From Chiloscyllium plagiosum (lineage: Eukaryota): 38,133 nucleotides of DNA. Position 1 is the stretch's first letter, and each line of letters starts with the position of its first letter. The notes under the pieces are model-generated. The model ran no database searches, was not told the DNA's origin, and saw nothing but the letters and a program-made list of their open reading frames with translations. The translations under genes were made by a program, and so were the position numbers. Positions 1 through 11,829 of the stretch are shown piece by piece. The DNA is taken from NCBI RefSeq assembly GCF_004010195.1, contig NC_057728.1, positions 53,075,723 to 53,113,855 on the forward strand, in the 5' to 3' direction.

Positions 1-203
1 CTCAATGCTACCTTCTCCCCACCCCCACCCTCCTCTCATTTATCTCTCCATCCTTCCGGCACTCTGCCTGTATTCCTGATGAAGGGCTTTTGCCCGAAAC
101 GTCGATTTTACTTCTCCTCGGATGCTGCCTGAACTGCTGTGCTTTTCCAGCACCTCTAATCCAGAATCTGGTTTCCAGCATCTGCAGTCATTGTTTTTAC
201 CTC
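1..203 (+). mobile_element. Penelope-like element 3' end/pLTR fragment (HHR family A)
   Basis: Pyrimidine-rich stretch, then CTGATGAAGGGCTTTTGCCCGAAAC, then GGATGCTGCCTGA..CTGCTGTGCTTTTCCAGCA..CCAGCATCTGCAGTC. The same tail lies downstream of GIY-YIG coding sequence at 37300-37830. Confidence 0.85.
72..107 (+). ncRNA. Minimal type I hammerhead ribozyme motif
   Basis: CUGAUGA (76-82), extra A, stem II GGGC-UUUU-GCCC, GAAA (96-99), palindromic ACGU and GUC triplet (101-103). Matches the known PLE-associated minimal HHR architecture. Confidence 0.8.
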
Positions 204-625
204 AAGGTTAGGCATCCCTGTGGCGCTGTGAACTACCATAAGCAGCAGATTCCAATGCAATTTACAACATTCCTCTCTCAACTATTACCATCAAGCCAGG
301 CAATCATTCTTCATTCAAGGGACAGTGCAGAAGGGGATGCCAGGAGCAGCACTGGCTATACCTGAAAATGAGGTTTCAACCTGGGTTGAAGCTACAAAAC
401 AGGATGACTTGTGTACCATACAGCAGAAGCAGTAAGTGATAGAGCGAAGTAATCCCACAACCAACAGATCAGATCTAAGCTCTGCTGTCCTGCCACATTC
501 AGTTATGAATGGTGGTGGGCAATTAAGCAACTCACTGGAGGAGGAAGAGGCTCGACAAGTATCCCCATCTTCAATCATGGAAAAACCCATCATATCAGTG
601 CAAAAGATAAGGCATGGCACTCTGA
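204..625 (+). mobile_element. CR1-group LINE (second shark family) ORF2 linker fragment, decayed
   Basis: Decayed translation WWWAIKQLTGGG..IPIFN....HISAKDKA, typical of the EN-RT linker; family assignment from recall. Confidence 0.6.
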
Positions 626-664
626 TCGTGTGCTATAACTTCAGAGTCTTATGATCTTGCCCCA

Positions 665-793
665 CTAGCTACCTGATGAAGGAGTAGTGCTCCGAAAACT
701 TGTACTTCAAAATAAACCTGTTGATCTATAACCTGGTGTTATGTGATTTTTAACTTTGTTCACCCTAGTCCAAGACTGGCAGCTCCTCATCAT
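665..793 (+). mobile_element. Short PLE-derived element with hammerhead (family B)
   Basis: CTGATGA(673-679)-A-GGAG-tagtg-CTCC-GAAA(694-697), then AATAAACCTGTTG..TATAACCTGGTGTT..GATTTTTAAC; same as 23065-23160. Confidence 0.8.
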
Positions 794-799
794 GGCCAC

Positions 800-1229
800 C
801 AGCTACAATGCATAAGTCAGACATGTGATGGAATACTCCCCGCTTGCTTGGATGGGTGCAGCTCCAGCAACACTCAAGAAGTTTGACACCATCCAAGACA
901 AAGCAGCCTACTTGATTGGCACCATAACCATAAACATTCACTCCTCCCACCATTATGCATAGCAGTAGCAGTGTGTATTATCTCCAAGAATCATAACAGA
1001 GATTCACCAAGGCTTCTTACACAGCACCTATCAATCCTATTACTATGACCGTCTAGAAGGACAAGTACAGCAGACATATGGGAATGCTACCATCTGCAAT
1101 TTCCCCTCCAAGCCACTCACTATCCTGATCTGCAAATACATTACCATTCCTTCAGTGTTGCTAGGTAAAAATCCTCTCAAAAGGCATTGTGGGTCAACTT
1201 ACAGCACATGGACTGCAGCAGTTCAAAAG
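800..1229 (+). mobile_element. CR1-group LINE (second family) ORF2 C-terminus/3' region
   Basis: VMEYSPLAWMGAAPATLKKFDTIQDKAAYLIG; its 3' part is the reverse complement of the copies at 8076-8303 and 15150-15340. Confidence 0.7.
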
Positions 1230-1235
1230 AGTGCA

Positions 1236-2405
1236 GCAGAGTGGTAGACATGATCTATATGAACTTCAGTTAGGCATTTGACAAGGTTCCTCATGGGAGA
1301 CTGATTAGCAAGGTTGGATCACACGGAATACAGGGAGAACATTTGGATACAAAGATAGGAGACAGAGGGTGGTGGTGAAGGGTTGCTCTCAGACTGGAGA
1401 TCTGTGATCAGTGGTGTACCACAAGAATCGCTGCTGGGTACACTCTTTTCGTCATTTATATACATGATTTGGATGTGAACATAGGAAGTATGGTTAATAA
1501 GTTTGCAAATGACACCAAAATTGGAGGTGTAGTGGACTGCAAGTAAGGTTACCTCAGAGTACAACAGGATCTTGTTCAGATGGGCCAATGAGCCGAGGAG
1601 TGCCAGATTGAGTTTAATTTAGATAAATGTGAGGCGTTGCATTTTGGAAAGGCAATTCAGGGTAGAACTTATACACTTAATGGCAAGGTCCTGGGGTGTT
1701 GCTGAACAAAGAGACCTTGGAATGCAGGTTCATAGTTCCTGGAAAGTGGAGTCGCAAGTAGTTAAGATAGTGAAGAAGATGTCTGGTATGCTCTCCTTTA
1801 TTGGTCAAAGCAGTGAGTATAAAAGTTGGGAGGTCATGTTGTTGCAGTACAGGACATTGGTTAGGCCACTTCTGGAATATTCTGTGTAATTCTCCCTCCT
1901 AGAGGAAGGATGTTGTGAAACTTGAAAGGGTTCAGAAAAGATTTACAAGGTTGTTGCCAAGGTTGGAGGGTTTGAGCTACACGGAGAGACTGAACAGGCT
2001 GCGACTATTTTCCCTGGAGCATCAGAGACTGGGGAGGTGACATTATAGAGGTTTATAAAATCATGAGGGCATGGATAGGGTCAATAGACAAGGTCTTTTC
2101 CTTAGAGTACAGGAGTCCAAAATGAGAGGACGTAGGTTTAGAGTGAAAGGGGAAAAATTCAAAAGGGACCTAAGGGGCACCAGAGGGTGTTGCATGCATG
2201 GAATGACCTACCAGAGGAAGTAGTGGAGTCTGGTACAATTACAACACTTAATCAGCATCAGGATGGGTATATGAATCGGAAGGGTTTAGAGGGATATAGG
2301 CCAAGTAATAGCAAATGGTACTAGATTTATTAAAGATATCTGGTTGGCATGGATGAGTTGGACCAAAGGGTCTGTTTCATGCTGTGCATCTCTATGACTG
2401 TATGA
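1236..2405 (+). mobile_element. HER1-type CR1 LINE, 5'-truncated (RT C-terminal half + 3' UTR)
   Basis: [28 protein letters not shown] and LYRTLVRPLLEY motifs; ends in the CR1 tail CATCTCTATGACTGTATGA; highly similar to 10840-11664. Confidence 0.9.
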
Positions 2406-2419
2406 ATTCATGTTGACCT

Positions 2420-2700
2420 TCCGAAGAGCATTCCACCCAGACTCACCCTGCTACCCTGTAACCCTACATTTCCCATGGCTAAACCACACAGCCTGGACAC
2501 TATGGGCAATTTAGCATGGCCAATCCACCTAACCTGCACACCTTTGGACTGTGGGAGGAAACTGGAGCACCCAGAAGAAACCTACACAGTGACAGGGAGA
2601 ATTTACAAACTCTACACAGACAATCGCTCAAGAGTGGAATCAAACCTGGCTCCCTGGCGCTGTGAGGCAGCAATGCTAGCCACTGAGCTACCATACCACC
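2420..2700 (-). mobile_element. HE1 SINE (V-SINE superfamily)
   Basis: Minus strand: GGTGGTATGGTAGCTCAGTGG (A box), GGTTTGATTCC (B box), V-domain GGTGCTCCAGTTTCCTCCCACAGTCCAAAG. Confidence 0.9.
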
Positions 2701-2789
2701 TGTCTATCTATCTTTTTGCATTAAAATGTTATTTCTGACTATTGTAACCTAGGATATTAATCCCTGGTTAATGTGCTTTGTTCCAGACT

Positions 2790-2970
2790 TTTGCCAATCA
2801 GAGGAAATTAGTTTCTGTTGCTATAGCATACCAAATCTCTTCATCATATTGACTGTTACAATTAGATCACCCCTCACACTTCTAACATCAAGGGAACTAC
2901 AAGTTCACTTTGCACAACCTATCCTTTCACTTTAAACTATTTAGTCCTGGAGTCATTCTGATGAATTTAG
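2790..2970 (-). mobile_element. Old diverged CR1 3' fragment
   Basis: Weak similarity to the reverse complement of the CR1 RRLRGDLI region (TTAGATCACCCCTCACACTTCTA). Confidence 0.45.
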
Positions 2971-3532
2971 AAACGTGAATCCAAAAGTCTGGATATCATC
3001 TTCAGGTTTCCAAACTTGCCTCCAACCAGAAGGAGAAATCAATATCTATGGATCTTGAAGATCAATAAAGTACCAGGTGTTTTAATCCATTGGTCACTGC
3101 ATTGATAATACTGAAGGAACTAATGCTGTAATTAATTATTTGGGTGAAGTCAATGCTGGAGACTTGGCTCCAATTAAGCTTAACCAATTTCTTACAGCTG
3201 TTAATAAAGCTTAATAAATGAATAAATCAGACACTATCAGTCCAAGTCCTCATTGTAAATTTACTTTACATTATCTAAATAGTTTATTCCCTCTTATCTT
3301 TTCGCAGGTAAATCATTAACAAAAGAACAAGGGCCTCTTATTCTGGGCTCTACCAGGCAGCAGTTTTATTACAGTGGAACGAGGTGTGATATAGTGAATG
3401 TGTCCTCTCACATTCGGCCAGTTCTGATGTGACACAAACAAAATTGCCAATTCTGTGACAGAGAAAGCCACGTATTATGAACGCTTTAAGCAGAGGAAGG
3501 AGTCATTTGGATGGTTTCCAGGTCTATCAAGT

Positions 3533-3624
3533 AGAGCCGTGACTCAGTTGGTAGTTTCATGCCCTAATGCAATTCCTAATCCAAGCTTTAAGCACTTAAC
3601 TCTGGGTTGACACTCTAGTGCAGT
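3533..3624 (+). mobile_element. Deu-SINE (SacSINE1-like) 5' part, split by insertion
   Basis: tRNA-like head GAGCCGTGACTCAGTTGGTAG and GGTTGACACTCTAGTGCAGT; the consensus continues (AC)TGAGGGAGT, which is found at 7792. Confidence 0.6.
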
Positions 3625-6600
3625 GGATTAGAATAGACACAGAAATTTATTTTCATGTGTACTTTTACATGGAAAATACAGTGAAACATTTTATAAGTCA
3701 CCCCACAATGGCACCTATATTACTGACGCGTAATAATAATACGTAATAACAATAACACAGTAAAATTAAGGCACAGTCCATCACTGTTCAGTTAATGGCT
3801 CCTGGGCTGGGGGAAAGTTGATGAAGGAATGATGGAATACCCTAAAGTCACAGCCAGGATGAAACTACCATTCCAGGACTCGACCACCATCTGGGATGAG
3901 ACTGCCATTCTGGGACTAGATGGTCATTCAAGGACTAAACCATCATTCCGGGACTAGACCGTCATTCAGGGACTAGATCGCTATTCTGGGACTCATCCAT
4001 CATTCCAGGACTATACCATCATTCCGGGTCTTGACCACCATTCCTGGACCAGACCGCCATTCCAGGACAAGGCCTCCATTCCAGGATGAGACTGACATTC
4101 TGGCACTAGACCATCTTTTTGGGAATAGACCATTATTCCAAGAATAGACCACTATCCGGGGTGATACTGCCATTCCAAGTCTAGACAACCATTCCAGGAC
4201 AAGACAGCCATTCTGGGATGAGACTGTCATTTCGGGACTAGATTCTAGTACAAGATCGCCATTCAAGGAAGAGACCGTCATTTTGGGAGAAGGCCGCCAT
4301 TCTGGGACGAGACCACCATTCCGGCATGAGACCGCCATTTCAGGACTAGACAGCCATTCTGGGACTAGACTGTCATTCCAGGGCTTGACTGCCATTCTGG
4401 GACTAGATTGCCATTCCAGGACTAGACTACCATTCTGGGACTAGATCGCCATTCCAGGACTAGACTGTCATTCCGGGATTAGACCGTTATTCCAGGACTA
4501 GACTGTCATTCCGGGACTAGACTGTCATTCCAGGACTAGACAGCCATTCTGGAACTGGACCGTCATTCCCGGACTCGACTGTCATTCCCGGACTAGACCG
4601 TCATTCTAGGACTAGACCGTCGTTCCAGGACAAGATCATCATTCATGAATGAGACAGTCACTCCGGGCCTAGACTGTTGTTTCAGGTCAAAATCACCATT
4701 CAAGAATGAGACCCCATTCCAGGACAAGACAGTCATTCCAGGAGTAGACTGTCATTCCAGGACAAGATCACCATTCAAGGACGAGACCGCCATTCCAGGA
4801 CTAGACTGCCATTCTGGAACTAGACCGTCATTCCCGGACTCGACTGTCATTCCAGGACTAGATCGTCGTTCCAGGACAAGGCCCCCATTCCAGGATGAGA
4901 CTGACATTCTGGCACTAGACCGTCTTTTTGGGACTAGACCATTATTCCAAGAATAGACCACTATTCCGGGATGATACTGCCATTCCAAGTCGAGACCACC
5001 ATTCCAGGACAAGACTGCCACTCTGGGATGAGACTGTCATTTCGGGACTAGATGGCTATTCCAGGACAAGATTGCCATTCAAGGAAGAGACCGTCATTTC
5101 GGGATAAGGCCGCCATTCTGGGACGAGACCACCATTCCGGCATGAGACCGCCATTTCAGGACTAGATTGCCATTCCAGGACTAGACAGCCATTCTGGGAT
5201 GAGACTGTCATTCCAGGGCTATACTGCCATTCTGGAACTAAACCGTCATTCCCGGACTAGACTGTCAGTCCAGGACTAGATCGTCGTTCCAGGACAAGAT
5301 CATCATTCATGAATGAGACAGTCACTCCGGGCTTAGACTGTCGGTCCAGGTCAAAATCACCATTCAAGAATGAGACCCCATTACAGGACTAGACTGTCAT
5401 TCCAGGACAAGATCACCATTCAAGGACGAGACCGTCATTCCAGGACTAGACTGTCATTCCGGGACTAGACTGTCATTCCAGGACTAGACTGCCATTCTGG
5501 AACTAGACCGTCATTCCAGGACTAGACCGTCGTTCCAGGACTAGATCATCATTCATGAATGAGACAGTCACTCCGGGCCTAGACTGTCGTTCCAGGTTAA
5601 AATCACCATTCCAGGACAAGACAGTCATTCCAGGACTAGACTGTCATTCCAGGACAAGATCACCATTCAAGGACGAGACCGCCATTCCAGGACTAGACTG
5701 TCATTCCGGGACTAGACTGTCATTCCAGGACTAGACTGCCATTCTGGAACTAGACCGTCATTCCCGGACTAGACTGTCATTCCAGGACTAGATCGTCGTT
5801 CCAGGACAAGGCCTCCATTCCAGGATGAGACTGACATTCTGGCACTAGACCATCTTTTTGGGACTAGACCATTATTCCAAGAATAGACCACTATTCCGGG
5901 ATGATACTGCCATTCCAAGTCGAGACCACCATTCCAGGACAAGACTGCCATTCTGGGATGAGACTGTCATTTCGGGAGTAGATGGCCATTCCAGGACAAG
6001 ATTGCCATTCAAGGAAGAGACCGTCATTTCGGGATAAGGCCGCCATTCTGGGACGGGACCACCATTCCGGCATGAGACCGCCATTTCAGGACTAGATTGC
6101 CATTCCAGGACTAGACAGCCATTCTGGGACGAGACTGTCATTCCAGGGCTAGACTGCCATTCTGGAACTAGACCGTCATTCCCGGACTAGACTGTCAGTC
6201 CAGGACTAGATCGTCGTTCCAGGACAAGATCATCATTCATGAATGAGACAGTCACTCCGGGCTTAGACTGTCGTTCCAGGTCAAAATCACCATTCAAGGA
6301 TGAGACCCCATTCCAGGACTAGACTGTCATTCCGGGACTAGACTGTCATTCCAGGACTAGACTGCCATTCTGGAACTAGAGTCCGTCATTCCCGGACTCG
6401 ACTGTCATTCCCGGACTAGACCGTCATTCCAGGACTAGACCGTTGTTCCAGGACTAGATCATCATTCATGAATGAGACAGTCACTCCGGGCCTAGACTGT
6501 CGTTCCAGGTCAAAATCACCATTCCAGGATGAGACCCCATTCCAGGACAAGACAGTCATTCCAGGACTAGACTGTCATTCCAGGACAAGATCACCAGTCA

Positions 6601-7790
6601 AGGACGAGACCGCCATTCCAGGACTAGACTGTCATTCCAGGACTAGACCGTCATTCCAGGACTAGACTGTCATTCCAGGACTAGATCATCGTTCCAGGAC
6701 AAGATCATCATTCATGAATGAGACAGTCACTCCGGGCCTAGACTGTCATTCCCGGACTAGACTGTCATTCCCGGACTAGACTGTCAGTCCAGGACAAGAT
6801 CACCATTCAAGGACGAGACTGCATTCCAGGACTAGACTGTCATTCCGGGACTAGACCGTCATTCCAGGACTAGATCATCATTCCCGGACAAGATCATCAT
6901 TCACGAATGAGACAGTCACTCCGAGCCTAGACTGTCATTCCCGGACTAGACTGTCATTCCCGGACTAGACTGTCAGTCCAGGACAAGATCACCATTCAAG
7001 GACGAGACCGCCATTCCAGGACTAGACTGTCATTCCGGGACTAGACCGTCATTCCAGGACGAGATCGTCGTTCCAGGACAAGATCATCATTCATGAATGA
7101 GACAGTCACTCCGGGCCTAGACTGTCATTCCAGGACAAGATCACCATTCAAGGACGAGACCGCCATTCCGGGACTAGACCATCATTCTGGGTCTGGACCA
7201 CCACTTCTAGACTAAACTGTTTTTCCAGTACCAGACTGCAAATCTGGGATGAGACTGTCATTCCAGGACTAGACCACCATTTTGGAATGAGACCGCCATT
7301 CTGGGACAAGAGGGCCACCGCCAGAACACACCGGGCTGAGAACATCATGCATGGTAGCTGGAAGCCACCTCATTGCTGGACCAGAAGGAGCCTCTTTTTG
7401 CCCATCCAATGCGCCTCCTGATGCTGCCGCTGATCCGCTGTCCGTCCCTTTCGCCGATGCTTCCGCTCCTTCAGGTGCCTGGGCCGAGCTGCAGCCCTAA
7501 AAGTCTGGGCTGGGTGACACAGCCCAGGAAGTGCTCCTTGTTCGATGGGAGACCCTGGGCTGGGGTGCAGGCATGTCCAGCTTGTCCTGGTGTTGCTGGC
7601 ACTGCTGTCAAAGGCCTTTTCTCGCATCCACCACTCTCCCGGCTTTAAAGAAATGAAAACAAAGAAAAAAAGAAAAAATAGCGAAAGAAGAAACAAGGTA
7701 AAAAAAAGAAAGAAAGCCGACAGGAACAGGTGAACCCCAGGTTAAGCTCCTCTACTCCACCACCATCTTGGAATAAAGCAGAGATATTAA
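3625..7790 (-). mobile_element. Composite non-autonomous retroposon: CAAGATGG head + GC-rich region + 19-bp VNTR + Rex1/Babar-like 3' tail
   Basis: Minus-strand start CAAGATGGTGG at 7770. Tail at 3644-3686 (AATTTATTTTCATGTGTAC..ACAGTGAAA) matches the Rex1 tail at 34030-34063 (AATTTATTGTCACGTGCAC..ACAGTGAAA). Bracketed by two halves of one Deu-SINE. Confidence 0.6.
3853..7310. repeat. 19-bp minisatellite, ~180 units, consensus CATTCCAGGACTAGACTGT, with higher-order repeats
   Basis: Direct 19-nt periodicity visible throughout; recurring variant blocks. Confidence 0.97.
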
Positions 7791-8050
7791 GTGAGGGAGT
7801 TTCGCTGGGCATCACTGTTGCAGGAGCTGTCTTTTGCATATGATCTTAAACTGAGGCCCAAGCTGTCCTCTCAGGTGAATGTAAAAGGTGACATTGCACT
7901 ATTTAAAAAAAAAACAGCAGAAGAGGACACCGCGGCATCCTAGCCAATGTTTATCCCTCAATCAATATCATAAAAACATTGCTGTTGTTTAGGAGAATCT
8001 TTCTAAATCAGATTGGGTGCCAGGATTTCCTACCTTATAACTGTGACAAG
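7791..8050 (+). mobile_element. Deu-SINE 3' part (Deu domain)
   Basis: TGAGGGAGT..TTAAACTGAGGCCC..CCTCTCAGGTGAATGTAAAAG..GCACTATTT..CCTAGCCAATGTTTATCCCTCAATCAATATC; similar to 32480-32712 and 12630-12902. Confidence 0.75.
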
Positions 8051-8075
8051 GTGACAAAAGGACTTAACGCAACTT

Positions 8076-8303
8076 TTAATTATTCACTCATGGGATGTGG
8101 TCCTCGTTGGCTGGACCAGCATTTCTTTCTTGCCTGTCCTTAGTTGCCCTTGCGAAGGTGCTGGTGAGCTGCTTTTTGAACCACTGCAGTCAATGTGCTG
8201 TAGGTAGACCCACAATGCTGTTAGTAAGGGAACTCAAAGATTTTGACCCAGCGACACTGAAAGAACGGTGATATACTTCTAAGTCAGGGTCGTGAGTGGC
8301 TTG
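8076..8303 (-). mobile_element. CR1-group LINE (second family) 3' end
   Basis: ATTCACTCATGGGATGTGG..GGCTGGACCAGCATTT tail; reverse complement of 1110-1229; same as 15150 and 20270. Confidence 0.7.
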
Positions 8304-9140
8304 CTTGCAAATCTTATCAGATCGAATGGATTGGTTGGAGAGACAGTTAGAAGCAATGAGGAATTTGCAACAACAACAGTATGCAATAGATGGCAGTTAT
8401 AGGAAGGGAGAAAAATCACAGATACAATCACATAGATGGGTAACTCCAGGAAAGGTAAGAGAGGTAGGCAGCTAGTGCAGGAGTCTTTTGTGGATATACC
8501 TATTTCAAACAAGTATGCTGTTTTGGAAAATGTAGGGGGAAATGGATTCTCAGGGGAACGTAGCATGAACAGCCAAGTTTCTGGTATTGAGACTGGCTCT
8601 AATGCAATGAGGGGTATGTCGGCTTCCAAGAGATCAATTGTGTTAGGGGATTCTGTAGTCCGAGGTACAGACAGATGTTTCTGTGGCCAGCAGTGAAAAA
8701 TCAGAATGGTGTGTTGCTTCCCTGGTGCCAGAATCAAGGATGTCTCAGAGAGGGTGCAGAAATTACTCATGGGGGAAAGGGGCCAGCAAGAGGTCATTGT
8801 CCATATTGGAACCAACAACACAGGAAGGAAAAAGGTTGAGAGTCTGAAGGGAGATTACAGAGAGTTAGGTAGAAATTTAAAAAGGAGGTCCTTCAGAGTA
8901 GTAATATCTGGATTACTCCCGGTGCTACGAGCTAGTGAGGGCAGGAATAGGAGGATAGAGCAGAGGAATGCATGGCTGAGGAGCTGTTGTATGGGAGAAG
9001 GATTCACATTTTTGGATCATTGGAATCTCTTTTAGGGTAAAAGCGACCTGTACAAGAAGGACGGGTTGCACCTAAGTTGGAAGGGGACTAATATACTGGC
9101 AGGGAAATTTGCTGGAGCTGCTCGGGAAGATTTAAATTTG
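8304..9140 (+). pseudogene. CR1 ORF1 (coiled-coil + SGNH esterase), disrupted
   Basis: LERQLEAMRNLQ coiled-coil; VLGDS, FPGA, HIGTNN and DGLH motifs; in-frame stops at 8696 and 9035. Confidence 0.9.
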
Positions 9141-9258
9141 TATGTTGGGGGGGTGGGACCCAGGGAGATAGTGAGGAAAGAGATCAATCTGAGACTGGCA
9201 CAGTTGAGAACAGAAACGAGTCAAACAGTCAGGGCAAGCAGGGACAAGGTAGGACTAA

Positions 9259-11577
9259 CATAGCAATTACAGAAATATGGCTCAGGGATGGGCAGGACTG
9301 GCAGCTTAATGTTCCAGGATACAAATGCTACAGGAAGGATAGAAAGGGAGGCAAGAGAGGAGGGGGAGTGACGTTTTTGACAAGGGATAGCATGACAGCT
9401 GTGCTGAGGGAGAATATTCCTGGAAATACATCCAGAGATGTTATTTGGGTGGAACTGAGAAATAAGGAAGGGATGATCACCTTATTGGGATTGTATTATA
9501 GGCCTCCTAATAATCAGAGGGAAATTGAGAAACAAATTTGTGAGGAGATCTCAGCTATCTGTAAGAATAATAGGGTGATTATGGTAGGGGATTTTCACTT
9601 TCCAAACATAGACTGGGACTGCCATTGTGTTAAGGGTTTAGATGGAGAGGAATTTTTTAAGTGTGTACAAGACAATTTTCTGATTCAGTATTTGAGAAGG
9701 TGCAAAACTTGACCTACTCTTGGGAAATAAGGCAGGGCAGGTGCCTGAGGTGTCAGTGGCGGAGCACTTTGGGGCCAGCGACCATAATTCTATTAGTTTT
9801 AAAATAGTGATGGAAAAGGATAGACCAGATCTAAAAGTTGAAGTTCTAAATTGGAGAAAGGCTAATTTTGATGGTATTAGTTGGGAACTTTCAAAAACTG
9901 ATTGGGGGCAGACGTTCGCAGGTAAACGGACGGCTGGAAAATGGAAGCCTCCAGAAATGAGGTAACGAGAATCCATAAAAAACATATTCCTGTTAGGGTG
10001 AAAGGGAAGGCTGGTAGGTATAGGGAATGCTGGATGACTAAAGAAATTGAGTGTTTGGTGAAGAAAAAGAAGGAAGCATATGTAAGGTAAAGACAGGATA
10101 GACCGAGTGAAACCTTAGAAGAGTATAAAAGCAGTAGTGGTTTACTTAAGAGGGAAATCAGGAGGGAAGAATGGGGACATGAGATAGCTTTGGCAAACAG
10201 AATTAAGGAGAATCCAAAGGGTTTTTACAAATATATTAAGGACAAAAGGGTAACTAGGGAGAAAAGAGGGCGCCTCAAAGATCAGCAAGGCAGCCTTTGT
10301 GTGGAGCCACAGAAAATGGGGGAGATACTAAACGAGTATTTTGCATCAGTATTTACTGTGGAAAAGGATATGGGAGATATACACTGTAGGGAAATAGATG
10401 GTGACACCTTGCAAAATATCCAAACTACAGAAGAGGAAGTGCTGGATGTCTTGAAACGCAAAATGGCAGATAAATACCCAGGACCTGATCAGGTGTATCC
10501 TAGAACTCTGTGGGAAGCTAGAGAAGTGATTGCTGGGCCTCTTGCTGAGATAATTGTATCATCGATAGTCACAGGTGAGGTGCCAGAAGACTGGAGGTTG
10601 GCTAATATGTTGCCACTATGTAAGAAGGGTAGTAAGGTCAAGCCAGGGAACTATAGACCAGTGAGCCTGACGTCGATGGTGGGCAAGTTGTTGGAGGGAA
10701 TCCTGAGGGAGATGTACACGTACTATGAAAGGCAAGGACTGATTAGGGATAGTCAACATGGCTTTGTGCTTGGGGAATCATGTCTCACAAACTTGATTGA
10801 GTTTTTTGAGGAAGTAACAAAGAGGATTGATGAAGGCAGAGTGGTAGATGTGATCGATATGGACTTTAGTAAGGCGTTCGACAAGGTTCCCCATGGGAGA
10901 CTGATTAGCAAGGTTAGATCTCATGGAATACAGGAAGAACTAGCCATTTGGATACAGAACTGGCTCAAAGGTAGAAGACAGAGGGTGGTGGTGGAGGGTT
11001 GTTTTTCAGACTGGAGGCCTGTGATCAGTGGAGTGCCACAAGGATCGGTGCTGGGACCTCTACTTTTTATCATTTACATAAATGATTTGAATGCGAGTGC
11101 AGCTGTACAGGACATTGATTAGGCCACTGCTGGAATATTGCGTGCAATTCTGGTCTCCTTCCCATCAGAAAGATGTTGTGAAACTCGAAAGGGTTCAGAA
11201 AAGATTTACAAGAATGTTGCCAGAGTTGAAGGATTTGAGCTATAGGGAGAAGCTGTTCTGCCTGGAGAGTCGGAGGCTGTGACCTTATAGAGGTTTACAA
11301 AATTATAAGGGGCATGGATAGGGTAAATAGACAAACTCTTTTCCCTCGTGTCGGAGAGTCCAGAACTAGAGGGCATAGGTTTCGGGTGAGAGGGGAAAGA
11401 TATGAAAGAGACCTAAGGGGCAACGTTTTCACACAGAGGGTGGTACGGGTATGGAATGAGCTGCTAGAGGAAGTGGAGGAGGCTGGTACAATTGCAACAT
11501 TTAAGAGGCATTTGGATGGGTATATGACTCAGAAGGGTTTGGAGGGATATGGGCCGGGTGCTGGCAGGTGGGACTAG
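9259..11577 (+). pseudogene. CR1 ORF2 (APE endonuclease + reverse transcriptase), disrupted
   Basis: AITEIW, YYRPP, GDFHFP and SDHN (APE); [24 protein letters not shown] and [10 protein letters not shown] (RT); frameshifts, and FADD segment deleted near 11095. Confidence 0.93.
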
Positions 11578-11829
11578 ATTGGGTTGGGATATCTAGTCGG
11601 CATGGACGAGTTGGACTGAAGGATCTGTTTCTCTGCTGTACATCTCTATGACTCTGTGACTCTATCACCATCTCCCTACAGTCTTTCTTTTATGTTCTTT
11701 CGGTATGGAATTAAACAATGCCCTTCACTGTAATGAATATGCAATTGACAGAACCTTGATTTTACATCTGATCCAATGGTGGCACCTTCTCCACAGTGGT
11801 AACATTGTAGTCTTTGCTCCGTTACCTTC

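Larger units (their letters stand above)
8304..11664 (+). mobile_element. HER1-type CR1 LINE, long copy with internal deletions
   Basis: ORF1 esterase, APE, RT and 3' UTR in order, ending CATCTCTATGACTCTGTGACTCTAT. Confidence 0.95.

Noticed and set aside
4000..6665. ORFs within the minisatellite as repetitive proteins
   Set aside because: The 19-bp unit is not a multiple of 3, and TAG/TGA stops recur; these are short chance frames.
3853..7310. CRISPR array
   Set aside because: Contiguous tandem units with no unique spacers, no cas genes, vertebrate context.
7370..7839. Overlapping ORFs (108, 91, 62 and 64 aa)
   Set aside because: Produced by the GC-rich and A-rich tracts of the element's 5' region; no domain motifs.
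10190..11122. 310-aa ORF as a functional RT or domesticated gene
   Set aside because: Fragment of a disrupted CR1 ORF2 lacking the catalytic FADD segment.
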